Of a DNA stretch of 64,000 nt, positions 1 to 12,098 are shown piece by piece; position 1 is the first letter of the stretch, and every line of letters starts with the position of its first letter. Made by a program: the position numbers and the translations under genes. Below the pieces are notes generated by a model that was not told the origin of the DNA, did not search any database, and was given only the letters and a program-made list of their open reading frames with translations. This DNA is from the human T2T-CHM13v2.0 reference genome, Homo sapiens, in NCBI RefSeq assembly GCF_009914755.1, contig NC_060944.1, one strand, 5' to 3'.

Positions 1-185
1 CTGTCTTCCACAATGGTTGAACTAATTTACACTCCCACCAACAGTGTAAAAGTGTACCTGATTCTCCACAGCCTCACCAGCATCCGCTGTTGTTTGACTC
101 TAATAATCGCCATTCTGACTGGCATGAGATGATATCTCATTGTGGTTTTGATTTGCATTTCTCTAATGATCAGTGATGTTGAGCT
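1..185 (-). mobile_element. L1 (L1PA/L1PB-type) ORF2 3' fragment, truncated by window edge
   Basis: CTGTCTTCCACAATGGTTGAACTAATTTACACTCCCACCAACAGTGTAAAAG...TCTCATTGTGGTTTTGATTTGCATTTCTCT matches the reverse complement of primate L1 ORF2 3' region. Confidence 0.9.
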
Positions 186-559
186 TAGGTTGTCCCTTGT
201 GATGGTTTGATTGTCACCAGAGCAGCCTGTGCTTTGGTTGAATAAGATTCAAGTCGTTGTAGGCAGTTGCCTTCAAGAAGAGTATCCGCATGTCCTGACT
301 GGGAACGCCTGCCTTCTGGGCAGTGCACCTGGTGCCTGCGGCTGGCTGGGCACCGACATGCTACAGCAGGATGGCCCTCATTCCCACGAACGGGGTCAGA
401 ACACGGCTGCCACCTTGGGAATTCGCTTTTCTCACGTGAGATTAAGTACTGAAAGTGACTTTCGTATAAGAGCATTATCAAAGTTGCATGGCTCTTTGCA
501 AAATTCTCTCATCCCTTCCAATCGCTGCCTGGTTTCCTGCTCTGTGGTTGGGCTGTACT

Positions 560-805
560 TGCTTAGAATATTCCCAAATGATAAAGATTGAGTTGTTTCC
601 AGTTTCCTATCATAAAATCCTCCTCCCCTGAGTTCCCCTGCACACCTGGGAGAGGGTCTGTGAAACAAGTTCCTAGAAGTGGAATTTCTGGGTCAGTTAT
701 AAGGTGGCCATTTTGGTGGATGTCATCGAATGATCATTCGAGATTCTGCAATTTCACTCCCACTAACACCTGTGCGAGGGTGCATTTCCACAGCCACCCC
801 ACGTG
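560..805 (-). mobile_element. Ancient L1M fragment
   Basis: TTCCTAGAAGTGGAATTTCTGGGTCA and AATTTCACTCCCACTAACA resemble antisense L1M ORF2 motifs. Confidence 0.55.
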
Positions 806-1029
806 TGGGAGGATCTCCGCCAGGGCTGCAGCAGGGAAGGCTGTCTTGGGGCTCGGCGTCTCTGTCCCCATCTCCTTCCATGCCCAGTGCCCAGGAGCCT
901 GCCATGGCCACAGCTGCACCATCTCCATAGCCACCCTCTAAAGCTCCCACCCTGGGATGAGGCCCTCCCTCAGCCTGTTCTCACTGCCCTCTGGTCCCCT
1001 GAGTCCTCCCCATGGTGGTCAGGAGGAGA

Positions 1030-2910
1030 CTGTGAAAAGCATGAGTCCGACCATGTCACTGCCCTGTTCATGCTTGCTTAGCCTCTGTGTCCAGACCCTT
1101 CGCCGGCACCCAGAGCCAACTCCCACTGGCTGGCCTGGCCATCTCCTCACTGTGTCTGTGCATCAGCCACACTGTCCTTTCTGTTCCTCACACTTGTCCA
1201 GCATGTCCCCCACCAGAGCTGTCCTCTGATCTGCCCACAGCTGACATACAGGTCTCAGCTCAAACCCCACCTCCTGCCTGACCACCTGCCCCAGGCCCAC
1301 CTCCTGCCCCGGCCACCTGCCTCAGATCTACCTCCTGCCCTGGCCACCTGCCCCAGACCCACCTCCTGCCCCGGCCACCTGCCCCAGACCCACCTCCTGC
1401 CCCGGCCACCTGCCCCAGACCCACCTCCTGCCTCAGCCACCTGCCCCAGACTCACCTCCTGCCCCGGCCACCTGCCCCAGACCCATCTCCTGCCCCAGCC
1501 ACCTGCCCCCGCCAACTGCCCCAGGCCCACCTCCTGCCCCGGCCACCTGCCCCAGGCCCACCTCCTGCCCCGACCACCTGCCCCAGGCCCACCTCCTGCC
1601 CCGGCCACCTGCCCCAGGCCCACCTCCTGCCCCGACCACCTGCCCCAGGCCCACCTCCTGCCCCGACCACCTGCCCCAGACCCACCTCCTGCCCCGACCA
1701 CCTGCCCCAGGCCCACCTCCTGCCCCGACCACCTGCCCCAGGCCCACCTCCTGCCCCGACCACCTGCCCCAGGCCCACCTCCTGCCCCGACCACCTGCCC
1801 CAGGCCCACCTCCTGCCCCGACCACCTGCCCCAGGCCCACCTCCTGCCCCGACCACCTGCCCCAGACCCACCTCCTGCCCCGACCACCTGCCCCAGGCCC
1901 ACCTCCTGCCCCGACCACCTGCCCCAGGCCCACCTCCTGCCCCGACCACCTGCCCCAGGCCCACCTCCTGCCCCGACCACCTGCCCCAGGCCCACCTCCT
2001 GCCCCGGCCACCTGCCCCAGGCCCACCTCCTGCCCCGACCACCTGCCCCAGGCCCACCTCCTGCCCCGACCACCTGCCCCAGGCCCACCTCCTGCCCCGG
2101 CCACCTGCCCCAGGCCCACCTCCTGCCCCGACCACCTGCCCCAGGCCCACCTCCTGCCCCGACCACCTGCCCCAGACCCACCTCCTGCCCCGACCACCTG
2201 CCCCAGGCCCACCTCCTGCCCCGACCACCTGCCCCAGGCCCACCTCCTGCCCCGGCCACCTGCCCCAGGCCCACCTCCTGCCCCGGCCACCTGCCCCAGG
2301 CCCACCTCCTGCCCCGGCCACCTGCCCCAGGCCCACCTCCTGCCCCCGCCAACTGCCCCAGGTCTACCTCCTGCCCCGACCACCTGCCCCAGGCCCACCT
2401 CCTGCCCCGACCACCTGCCCCAGACCCACCTCCTGCCCCGGCCACCTGCCCCAGGCCCACCTCCTGCCCCCGCCAACTGCCCCAGGTCTACCTCCTGCCC
2501 TGGCCACCTGCCCCAGGCCCACCTCCTGCCCCCGCCAACTGCCCCAGGTCTACCTCCTGCCCCGGCCACCTGCCCCAGACCCACCTCCTGCCCCGGCCAC
2601 CTGTCCCAGGCCCACCTCCTGCCCCAGACCCACCTCCCGCCCCAGCCACCTGCCCCAGGCTCACCTCCTGCCCCGGCCACCTGCCCCAGAGCCACCTCCT
2701 GCCCCGACCACCTGACAGAAATGAGATGCGAGGCACTGTCCCCAGGTCCCCTGTGTTAGTTACGGCACTCAGCCTGCCTGCAGCAGTCTTGAGCAGTTCT
2801 CATCTGCTGGCTTTCTGTCTCTTCCCCTGGACCGCAAGCCCTTGCCGCCGTCCTTGGTGCTGAACGGTGCCTGGCACACAGTAGGCGTGTAAAAAGCGTG
2901 TGTTGAGGGC
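1030..2910 (+). mobile_element. L2 3' relic split by the 31-bp VNTR
   Basis: 5' part: GACCATGTCACTGCCCTG, CAGCCACACTGTCCTTTCTGTTCCTCA, CAGGTCTCAGCTCAAA; 3' part after the array: GTGCCTGGCACACAGTAGGCG...TGTTGA (L2 terminus). Confidence 0.6.
1265..2714. repeat. GC-rich minisatellite, 31-bp unit CCACCTCCTGCCCCGACCACCTGCCCCAGGC, ~46 copies
   Basis: Direct reading; ORF translations on the minus strand repeat every 31 aa (3 units). Confidence 0.97.
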
Positions 2911-4187
2911 ATGAGTAAACTCTTCCAAGGGAGGTCGCCTGTGCGCCCCACAGGGAAGGGAACTGTGCCTCTGCCCCCTTCTCTGCCATGGTTCTTCAGT
3001 GCCCAGAGCAGGGCCAGGCACAGGTGGGCTCTGGAAAGGTATCTCTGAGTGGACAGAGGCTGGCTCCTGGCTGAGAACACAGACACTCGACAGCGATGTC
3101 CGGCTTCCCAGAGAAGAGGAGGGTCCTTCTCAGTCACACCCCCTCTGCCAGCCTGCCCGTGGCCCTCACTCCTCCAGGAGACAGGCTTTGGACGTCCATC
3201 AGGAAGGAGCTAGCAAATGTCAGTCTCTCATCAGGGTGGGCGGAGCAGTGACGGGTTTCCTTCTGGGTGTCAAGGTCTCTGTGGCTATGGATTCAGAGCT
3301 GGCCAAGCCAGGCTGTTTCCCTAGAGAGTCCGGGAAACCCATGATGCTGGCCCACTGCACAGCGTCCCCAGCCTCGGGGCTGCTGCCTCCCATGCCCTCA
3401 ACAGTGCAAGGATTCGTGTGATCCCAGAAGGCCCACAGGAAGACCTCTCTCAGAAGAGGGCTTAGGTCTCCTTCTGGTTTCTGATCTACGGTAGGGGGAT
3501 TCTTGGTGCATCCCCTTGGCTGCCACTGCCGCCTCTGTGCCTTTCCTGCCCCACCCTGGGCAGCAGGCACTAGGGCCAGGTGCAGTCAGTTACCTCCAGT
3601 TAACTTCACCCTGCAGTGGGGGTAATTGAAGGTTCTGCGAAGGCCCTTGGCTAGTTTAGAGACTTCTGGCTGGCTGCCCTCCTCCCTGGGGGTGTGAGCA
3701 TTTTTGTTTCTTCTCTTTGCTCTCCTGCTTTGGGTCTTGCAGGAAGTAATTCGCTTCCTGGTGGGTGTTACTGTCCCTGCCCCGGCTGTGGCGCCAGCCC
3801 TTCCTCTGGCCTCACCCTGTGTTTTCTGATGGTCCAGGCTATTTCGGGAGAAGGCTGTGGTCACAGTGCTCATCACCCTGGCTTTCTGCTCAGCCCCTGC
3901 GGAGGCTGACGCGCCCTTGCCCTCACAGGCCCCGAGAGCCTCTTACAGCATTATCCTAAAACAAAGCTTCAGCCTTTCTTCCCCACCGCTGGGCAAAGTC
4001 TTTATTTTTGGACCAAACTAAACACTTATTTGTTTGTAAAGGGTGGCGCTTTTTGGCTTCTAAGAAACTTACCTGGGGTTGGTGGCAGACTTCCTTGGCC
4101 TTTTGAGAGCAGGGAACTATTTTTAGAGGCATTGTGGCAACTCTAATAAAGAAAAGAAACAAAGGTAGGTGTGACAACTGCTTGTAA

Positions 4188-4290
4188 TCACACACACGTA
4201 TACACGTGCAGACACGCATGCACACATATGCACAGGCACATGCACACACACATGTACACACACACACACACACATGCACGCACACCTGCA
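4188..4290. repeat. (CA)/(CATG)-type simple repeat
   Basis: CACACACACGTATACACGTGCAGACACGCATGCACACA... Confidence 0.85.
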
Positions 4291-5321
4291 TGGGGGAGCT
4301 GGCAAGTCTCTCTTTTTCTGGACATTTGGCAAAATCTGAGTCATAGAAACCTCAATTCAGACATTGCAGGGGTGCGGGCTGTCAATGTGGCTCCTGAAGC
4401 TCTGGCTTAATGAGACCCCAACAGGCATTCTTTCACTACAAAGGTCACCAGATAATCCAGCCAAGGGGGACCCAGCACAGAGCTCTCACCTGGTTCCAGG
4501 AGGGGTGACTGCAGTGGCAGGTGCAGCCCTAAGAAGTGCAGTTGTACAGGGAGCTACCCTGTAGTTGGTGTGTGTGGCTGACCCTCTCCTCCCAGAGCCA
4601 CCTGCAAGGACAGTCAGAGCCCTTACCCCGGGCCACACGTGGCCCACAGAGCTGCCTTCCCTTTACCAAAGGCTGCACAGGCCTCTGCGGTATCCCTGGG
4701 TTGCGATTTCAGGCGAAGAGCATCGTGATGTGGTTTACTGCCCTTGTATCAGAGTGGCTCAAAATTAACCCCTGGGCTGTCTGGGAGACCTGCTTTGGAA
4801 ACACACTCCACATGGCTCTGGTGCCACCGTTAGCACATGGCACATCTGTGTCCTGCCAGGGCCTGGCAATGGCTGCATACAGGCTGCAGACCGGGGGCAC
4901 CATGAGGTGACTGGGTGGGAGGGGGCCTCCTGGTCGGTGAGGGCGGGAGAGACAATGGGTAGGTAAGTCTTGACTCTTCACAGGCTGAGAAGGGTAGCCC
5001 CTGTCCATCCTGGGAGGTGTCCCCTCTTCTCCAGCTTTGGAGGGTGTCCTGGCCTGTGCAGCTCTGGTCACCCCAAGAGGGCCTGGAATTGGAGCCACTG
5101 ACCACAGTAAGCCTCTGGGCCACCCCCTCTGAGGGCCTCCCTGAGCCATTCTGTAACCCCCCAAGTCTGCTTCCTATTGCAACTCTTGAAACAGTGTCTC
5201 TGTCATTATAAAACCTCATCTGACCTGAAATGAGGCTCATGGAGTACTTCCTATTTTTGTGGTGTCTCACATAATCACAGGTAAGTCTCACAGACCTGTG
5301 AGCTGGTTTTCCTTGTTTTCC

Positions 5322-5385
5322 AGGTGAGGATCAGGCTCAGAGAGGTTAAACCGTCACTGAGGTCACACAGCAGTGGGTGGTGCAG
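5322..5385 (-). mobile_element. MIR fragment
   Basis: AGGCTCAGAGAGGTTAAA...AGGTCACACAGC is the MIR core. Confidence 0.6.
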
Positions 5386-5394
5386 TGCGTCTGG

Positions 5395-5722
5395 TCTCTT
5401 CTAGTCTGTTGGGGCTGCTATAACAAACCGCCTGAGACCAGCTAATGGATAAACAAACAGCAGAAATCAATGCTTACAGCTCTGGAGGCCGGGGGCACTG
5501 GGATCAAGGCACCAGCAGTTCGGCATCTGTTCGGCCTCTTTCTCTGCTTCCCTGACCGTGCCTGTTGCTGCATCTTCAAGCCTCTGATAAGTGCACTAAT
5601 CCCATTATTAGGGCAGAGGACCCAACCCCTCCCAAAGGTCCCGCCTCTTTGTGCCACCACGCTGGGGCTGGGTTTCAACATATGGATTTGGGGGTGGGGG
5701 ACATGAGCACCCACACCTCTGC
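5395..5722 (-). mobile_element. MaLR solo LTR (MLT1A/MST-like)
   Basis: TAGTCTGTTGGGGCTGCTATAACAAA...ACAGCTCTGGAGGC...CACTAATCCCATT...CTCCCAAAGG...TTTCAACATATGGATTTGGGGG. Confidence 0.8.
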
Positions 5723-7184
5723 AGGGCCTCTGTCTGTAGCCCTCGCCTCCTGGGGTGGAAGCTCATGTCCTTTGCTCAGTCTGTGAAGGTCATTGGCATT
5801 CAGCTTTTGGAACCTCAGGCTTCCTCCTGTGCACGATGGTGCTGGATGTGCTGAGAAACTCCACTTTGCCTCCTTCATTTGCTTATGAGTTTTCTGCAGG
5901 AAACCTTGAGACCTTCCTTTTCCCAGGCTGCTGAGCCCCAGGCTCCAGCCTCTCCTCCAAAGACTTCTCAGTAAGAGGCATTCTGCCTCTTAATAAGCAT
6001 GATGACAGCGATGATGCGGCTGAGGAGCCAATGAGATACAAGACATCCAGCGAGTCTCTCTAACATGGTTTCGTGTTGTTCAGCATGAGCCACTTTACAG
6101 AGTTGGCAAGAGGAGGTCTCGCGGCCATTGACAAATGTCAATATATTGATATTGATGCCTTCCTTCTTGGCCCAGCCGATCTGGGATGAATGTGCAGGGG
6201 CCAAGCCAGCGGTCGTCCCTGTGTTCAACCTAACAGGTAAAGCTGCCGTGTATTTGGTCCAACGGAGATCGAAGGTCATTATATTCATGTTGTTCAAAAA
6301 CTTAGGAATAAGCCACAGGTAAAGTATTTAAAGATTACAGGCAAAGGGATGTGACATTTAAAATATTCAGTTGCACTGTGTGTGATGCACAGATGTGATT
6401 ATTGGCACCATGAATAAGTCGCATCTGGCTTGGGTTCCTGCTAGCCAGTTACTCAGTGGGGCCTTCCAGGGCAAGGTGGTCTCACCACTGAGAGGGAGCC
6501 CCAGTGGGACCCTAATTGCACCAGCAGTTGTTCCTAATAAGAGAACTAACACATTTCTCTGAATCTCCATGACTCATTCAGATTTCCGTCAAGAAAATTC
6601 AAACTGAGGTGGGATCAATAAGTCGTGCAAATTGTCAGAAAACTCCCTCCATGGAGGGCATCTGAGTTCACCTGTAGAGAAGGAGAGCATAATGCGCCCC
6701 ACCTGAACACTTCCCTGGCTCGGGTGCCGAAGGCTCAGGGTGTGGTTCATAGGCAGCTATTTGTGTAAAGGGGCTAGCGTCTGCATCCTGTCTTGGCTGT
6801 TGAAGTTGTTTAAAGGGTGACTTTGGTAAGAGCTGGTTCTACCCACTGATGACTGTTTCTGCTTCTCTGATCCAATCAGAATCATCCAGGTTGACGCAAG
6901 GATCTTTTGGTACCTTGCCCTTATTTATGTGGTTTTTTAATGATGAAAGTAGAAACGCGGCCCACATCATGATCACCTCTTAAACAACTGGCCAGTGTGA
7001 GAGAATCTCAAGGTTTTTTGTCATTATCCAGCTTGTTTTCGATACTGTGGGGGAGAAGGTGCAGATATGATCACCAGGAGATGCATTCTCATCAGCTCTC
7101 CCGCCTGGGAACTTTCCCCTTCTTAGAGTGCCTTCTCTCCATTCCTGCCTGTTTAAATCCTACAGGGCCCAAACAGACCCACTT

Positions 7185-7325
7185 GGCTGCTATGAGACCA
7201 TGGGTGAATCACAGTTCACTCAATAAGCCTTTTTTTTCTTATCTATACAGTGGGGATATTTTGAAGGTTAAATGAGTGATGTGTATAAAATATGCACTGT
7301 GACTAACACATAGAAGTGCCTTTTC
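7185..7325 (+). mobile_element. MIR fragment
   Basis: ATCTATACAGTGGGGATA...TGAAGGTTAAATGAG...ACACATAGAAGTGC. Confidence 0.6.
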
Positions 7326-8034
7326 CTCTTCTTCCTCCTCGACCATCAACATTATCATTAAACATGAGTGTTTCACTGATTCTTCCCTGATTCCTCCTCC
7401 ACCACAACCACCACCACCACCACGACCATGCTTTCCCTGTGGTGACCTGTTTTCTCATGGCACCTGTTCCTCAGCACAATACCTATTCCTTCTTCAAGCC
7501 CCTTTTTGTCTCCTACCTGGAAGGCATTTTTGTGGGCCTCCTTCAGCCTCCCTTGATCAATGCCAAGCCTGTGTGCAGAGCAGGTCCTTGCTAAGTATTT
7601 GGTGGAAGGAAGCCAGGGCCTTCTATAGCCAGCCTGTAGGATGAAACTTCTTTTTGACCCAAAAATGGGGGAGATTGTCAATGTAGATTCTCACTTCAGA
7701 GGGTCGATTGCCTAATTCATTGAGAATCAGTTGAAGGTAAGAGTCCCTGAGTCCTGGCTCCTGTTTGTCTGACCTGCTTTCCCTGCTGGACTTTACAAGG
7801 AAGGACTGAGACGTGTTCCTTCCTATCTCTCTTCTGTTGAAACAACACCTGCCCAGTAGAAGCACATCCCAGTCTCTCTCAGGGGAAAGCAATGACTGGG
7901 GAGTGAAGACAGGTGGTCTGGGTGGGTGGGCAGATTCTGGCTATCAGGCAGAGGTCTGTAACCTTGGAATGACATGCCTCTTCTCTGTGTCATAGCGCCC
8001 TCTCACTGTGAGGTTCACAGCAAGGGCTGGAGAC

Positions 8035-8220
8035 AGGCCTGGGTTGGAATCCTGACTCAACTGTTCTTAGCTGTGATGTTCCTGAACAAGCTGCTTTCCC
8101 TCTCTGAGTGACTGATCCTTCGCCATAAAGTGGGGATGCTCTAGGCAGCCACATCCCATGGATACCTGAGAACTTAGTGAGTTATCATCTTCCATGTGGC
8201 TGGCAGAGTGCATTGTTAGG
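8035..8220 (+). mobile_element. MIR
   Basis: GGGTTGGAATCCTGACTC...CTTAGCTGTGATG...AACAAG...CCTCTCTGAG...ATAAAGTGGGGATG. Confidence 0.65.
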
Positions 8221-8865
8221 CAATGGTGGTGGTGAAGATGATGGTGATGGTGATGGTGGTGATATGATAATAACACTAATGGTGATGATGATAATGATGG
8301 TGGTATGATGATGTGGATGGTAATGGTGATGATAACAGTGGATAATGATGGTAATGCAAGTGATGATATTGATGATGATGGTGATGACAGTGCTGATAAT
8401 GATCATAATGGTGATGATGATGATGGTGATTATTGTAATAGTGATGACAGTGATGATGATAATGATGGTGATAAGAGTGGATAATGATAATAATGATGAT
8501 GGTGATTTTAATAGTGATGATGATGTTAAGATGATTATGGTGATGATGATAGTGATGATGATGGTGATGATAACAGTGGATACTGATAATGATGGTGATA
8601 ATAATGATGGTGATAATAATGATGGTGATGATAATGATGGTGATGATAACAATGGTGATGATGATGATGATGGAGATCATAATGATAATGATAATAAAAC
8701 TGATGGAGATCACGCTACTGCTGCTGATGATGATGCTGATAACAATGGATGATGAGGAGAAGAAAGAGGGTGATGATGATAATGTTGACAATGACAATGA
8801 TAAAAACGGATGATGATGAAAGGGAAGATGATGATGATCATGATCGTGATGGTGGTGATGGTGTA
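8221..8865. repeat. Degenerate (GAT/GGT/AAT)n trinucleotide low-complexity tract
   Basis: Direct reading; source of poly-His/Ile/Met pseudo-ORFs. Confidence 0.95.
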
Positions 8866-10169
8866 TAGATACTTCCTGGGTCTAATCCTCAGGTTTCTTC
8901 AGTATTTCCTTAAAGAGTTTTGCATGTGTCCATTTCCAAAGCCTCTCCCTGTGAGTGCATCAACCTCATATTTTCACACCATGCTGAATTGTCGTCCCTG
9001 CTTGGGAAGCTTGACATTCCATTCCATGACCTTCATAATCTGTAAGATTTCTATTTCTTTGAGCTGTGGTTTCTCCTTTAGTATGTGTGCTTTATTCTAC
9101 TTTCTAAACCTGTGCCCGCACCAATCATTTGCCCTGCTGTGAAGATAGAAATGGAGCTTCCTTCTTTCCTCTGGTAATTCTGAGATGTGTGAGTTTCTGC
9201 CCTGGGGTTTTTAGTTTTCTCATACTGCAGGGGGTTAATTAGTTTGGTTATTTCACGATAGCATTTACAGTTTTCTTATTAACTGGGAAGATATCCAAGG
9301 ACTCCTACTCTTCATTGGGGTCTTTTGCAATGTTTTAGTCACAAGGATGGGTGGTAGGACTTGCAGAGAATCCAGTAACAAGGAGAGATCAGAGTCATTG
9401 AAATCACCTCTAGCTATCCTCAAAAAGTCACGGGGCTCAGTTTGTCTTTTTGGTTTGACCAAGGAAAGAAATATTAGACAATGCATAGCTTCATTGTTCA
9501 ACTATTCATTTTCTACAGATTTTGCTTAAAAACACTTAAAAAGCACAAGTTATCAAGGTACTTTAACTTGGGAGATTGGGAAAAAATTGAAGAGAAAAAA
9601 AAATCAGGGTATCAGGATCTTAAAGCCAGCAGAGGTTTTTCCTGCACCTAAAAATCTCAAAAGGGAACATTCTTTCTTGGCAACAATTGAGTAGTTGTAC
9701 ATAAGATTTGACCAGGAATGGAAGTGGAAGAGCCAAAGACGTTGTTTTCTCACCGTGAAGACTCGTTCTCCAGAAGAATGGGAATCGGCGAATGAGGCCC
9801 CGTCTGGACTTGGGGACTTGTCTCTTGCTGCTTCTCCTGCCTAGATATTTGCTCCCTCCCCAATCTGCCTGGTCCTCTGACCTGGATTTAACTTTAATTT
9901 GTTCATGGAGTCTTCCCTGACCCTCCAGACTAAGTTGCTCCCTGACTGACCATTACTGTTTATTTGTAATAATAATACCAAGCACTTGCCCAATGCAGAG
10001 ATTTAAATTAGAATTAAAAAGAGACTTTTTAATTATACTTAATAGTTCCCCAGAAAGTGTTTATTTTTAAAAATGTTGAACTATCCTCAGGGCCAAGATA
10101 ATATTGTAAGGCTGAGAATCTTAGAGAAAGTTCCATCATTCATTTTATGTGTGTGTTTCTGCTGTTTCT

Positions 10170-10600
10170 GAAGCAAACACCTAGAGATGCTCTTGAACAT
10201 GCCTCCAAAGAGATTACCTGGGAAATTTATTGCAGTATTCTTCATCATGGCAAAAACAAACAAAAAGAAACCAAAATGTCCAATGATAGGAGAATAAATA
10301 TGTAAATTGTGATATATTCAAGCACTACAATTCTGTAGTAAGCCACACATACACACACACACACACCCCATATATTCATGTTCTCATGGATGAATCTCTA
10401 ACATATTAGTATGTAAAAATTGCAGAATTATTTTGACAAAATGGTATTGTTTATATGATGTTTAAAAACATCCCCAAACACTATATTTTATTTTTGTGTT
10501 CATATGGAATGAAAGCATGAACATGAACAGAGAGGACACATAGACCAATTTCCAAATCATGGTTCCCACTGTGGAGGAAGGGACTGGGATGGAAGACAAT
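10170..10600 (+). mobile_element. Ancient L1M(E) 3' fragment
   Basis: TTTATTGCAGTATT...AAACCAAAATGTCCAATGATAGGAGAATAAATA...AAATTGTGATATATTCA; ATGGATGAATCTC. Confidence 0.7.
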
Positions 10601-11827
10601 GAGCAAACAGGTCTTCCACTGATGGTGATGATGATGATGGTATAATGGTGATACTTCGACTAGAATGTGTGACACTTCCTGGAGATCTGAAGCAAAGATG
10701 ATGAATGTTCTCACCTGCTAAATTTAGGTGGAGTGTGTGTGCGCCTTGCACATGTGCGTGCATGTGTGTGTGTGATCATTTTTGGGACATTCCTGTGTGT
10801 TTGAAATATTTCATAGTTAAATAAACAGTGTTGGTCTTGTGATGGGCTTGATGAAGAGATCGTACATACTTTTTTTTACATCAGACTCTCTCATAATAGA
10901 TGGAATTATTGAGTCCAGATAAAAATCAGGGTCATGCAGAAAGCTGTGAGAGTGATTAAGGGACTTTGTGGTAGGTTATGAATGAAATTGTGACGTGGGC
11001 TTCCTGCCTGCTCTTTGCCTTTCTCCAGACCTGTGCCATGGACACCTAGATATTTCCTCATGCTCAGTTCCCTGCAGGCATCGCTGGGGATTGGAAGTCT
11101 TAGAGGGATCCATTATCTGATGGAGAATTTGAGAGGACTCTTCCACGTGCTGGATCAGAGCAACTATTCAGTGTGCCCTATAGAGCAACTGACTTAGAAT
11201 GTTCGAAGGGAACAGTCCTCTGAATTAGTCCCACCTCTAAAGAGTTATTTAAATGCTATCTCATTACCTCTGAGTTCCTTTTATGAATAAAAAGGGTATT
11301 ACCGAGTTTAAGATGATGAGTTAATTAATGAAGTATAATTCCCAGAAAGCCTCTTTGACATAATTTTAAAACCCAGATAGGTATAATCCCATCATTTAAA
11401 ACTTTGAATGGGAGACTGGAAAATAATATTCTGATTGAAGGATATAGTAACCCCAACAAGGGGACTGGAGTGAAGGGAAGGGGAGCTAGCAAGGGAGAGA
11501 AAATCAGGCATTGGGAGAACCAACAGGTGACGAGGAATGAGACTCAACCTGACCCTGAGTCACAGTGTACAGTGGAGGGCACCAGGGAGATGGTGTTAGG
11601 TGAACATATGGATGAGTTGCCAACAGCCAGAGCCTCTGACAGGGAGCCAGCTGCCAGCCTGCCGCTGTCCAGCACATAATGCAGCCTCCATCGTGGGTGA
11701 ATAAACCAAGTCCGGTGTCCATCTGTCGGAGATATTTTGCTAAAGGGGCTTTTCCATGAGGTGGCAACTTGGACTTTCCAAATAGGATTCTGTCATGATT
11801 TGTGTAAAGTTAAGCATCATGACATAA

Positions 11828-12098
<271 letters not shown>

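Noticed and set aside
1255-2736. Gly/Arg/Trp-rich ORFs of 294-420 aa on the minus strand
   Set aside because: All three frames give the same 31-aa cycle because the 31-bp unit lacks stops; a repeat artefact
5277-5330. Strong donor CAG|GTAAGT followed by acceptor-like TTTTCCAG
   Set aside because: Only ~43 nt apart, too short for an intron; isolated splice-like motifs are common by chance
8067-8813. Poly-His/Ile/Met/Asp ORFs
   Set aside because: Translations of a trinucleotide low-complexity tract
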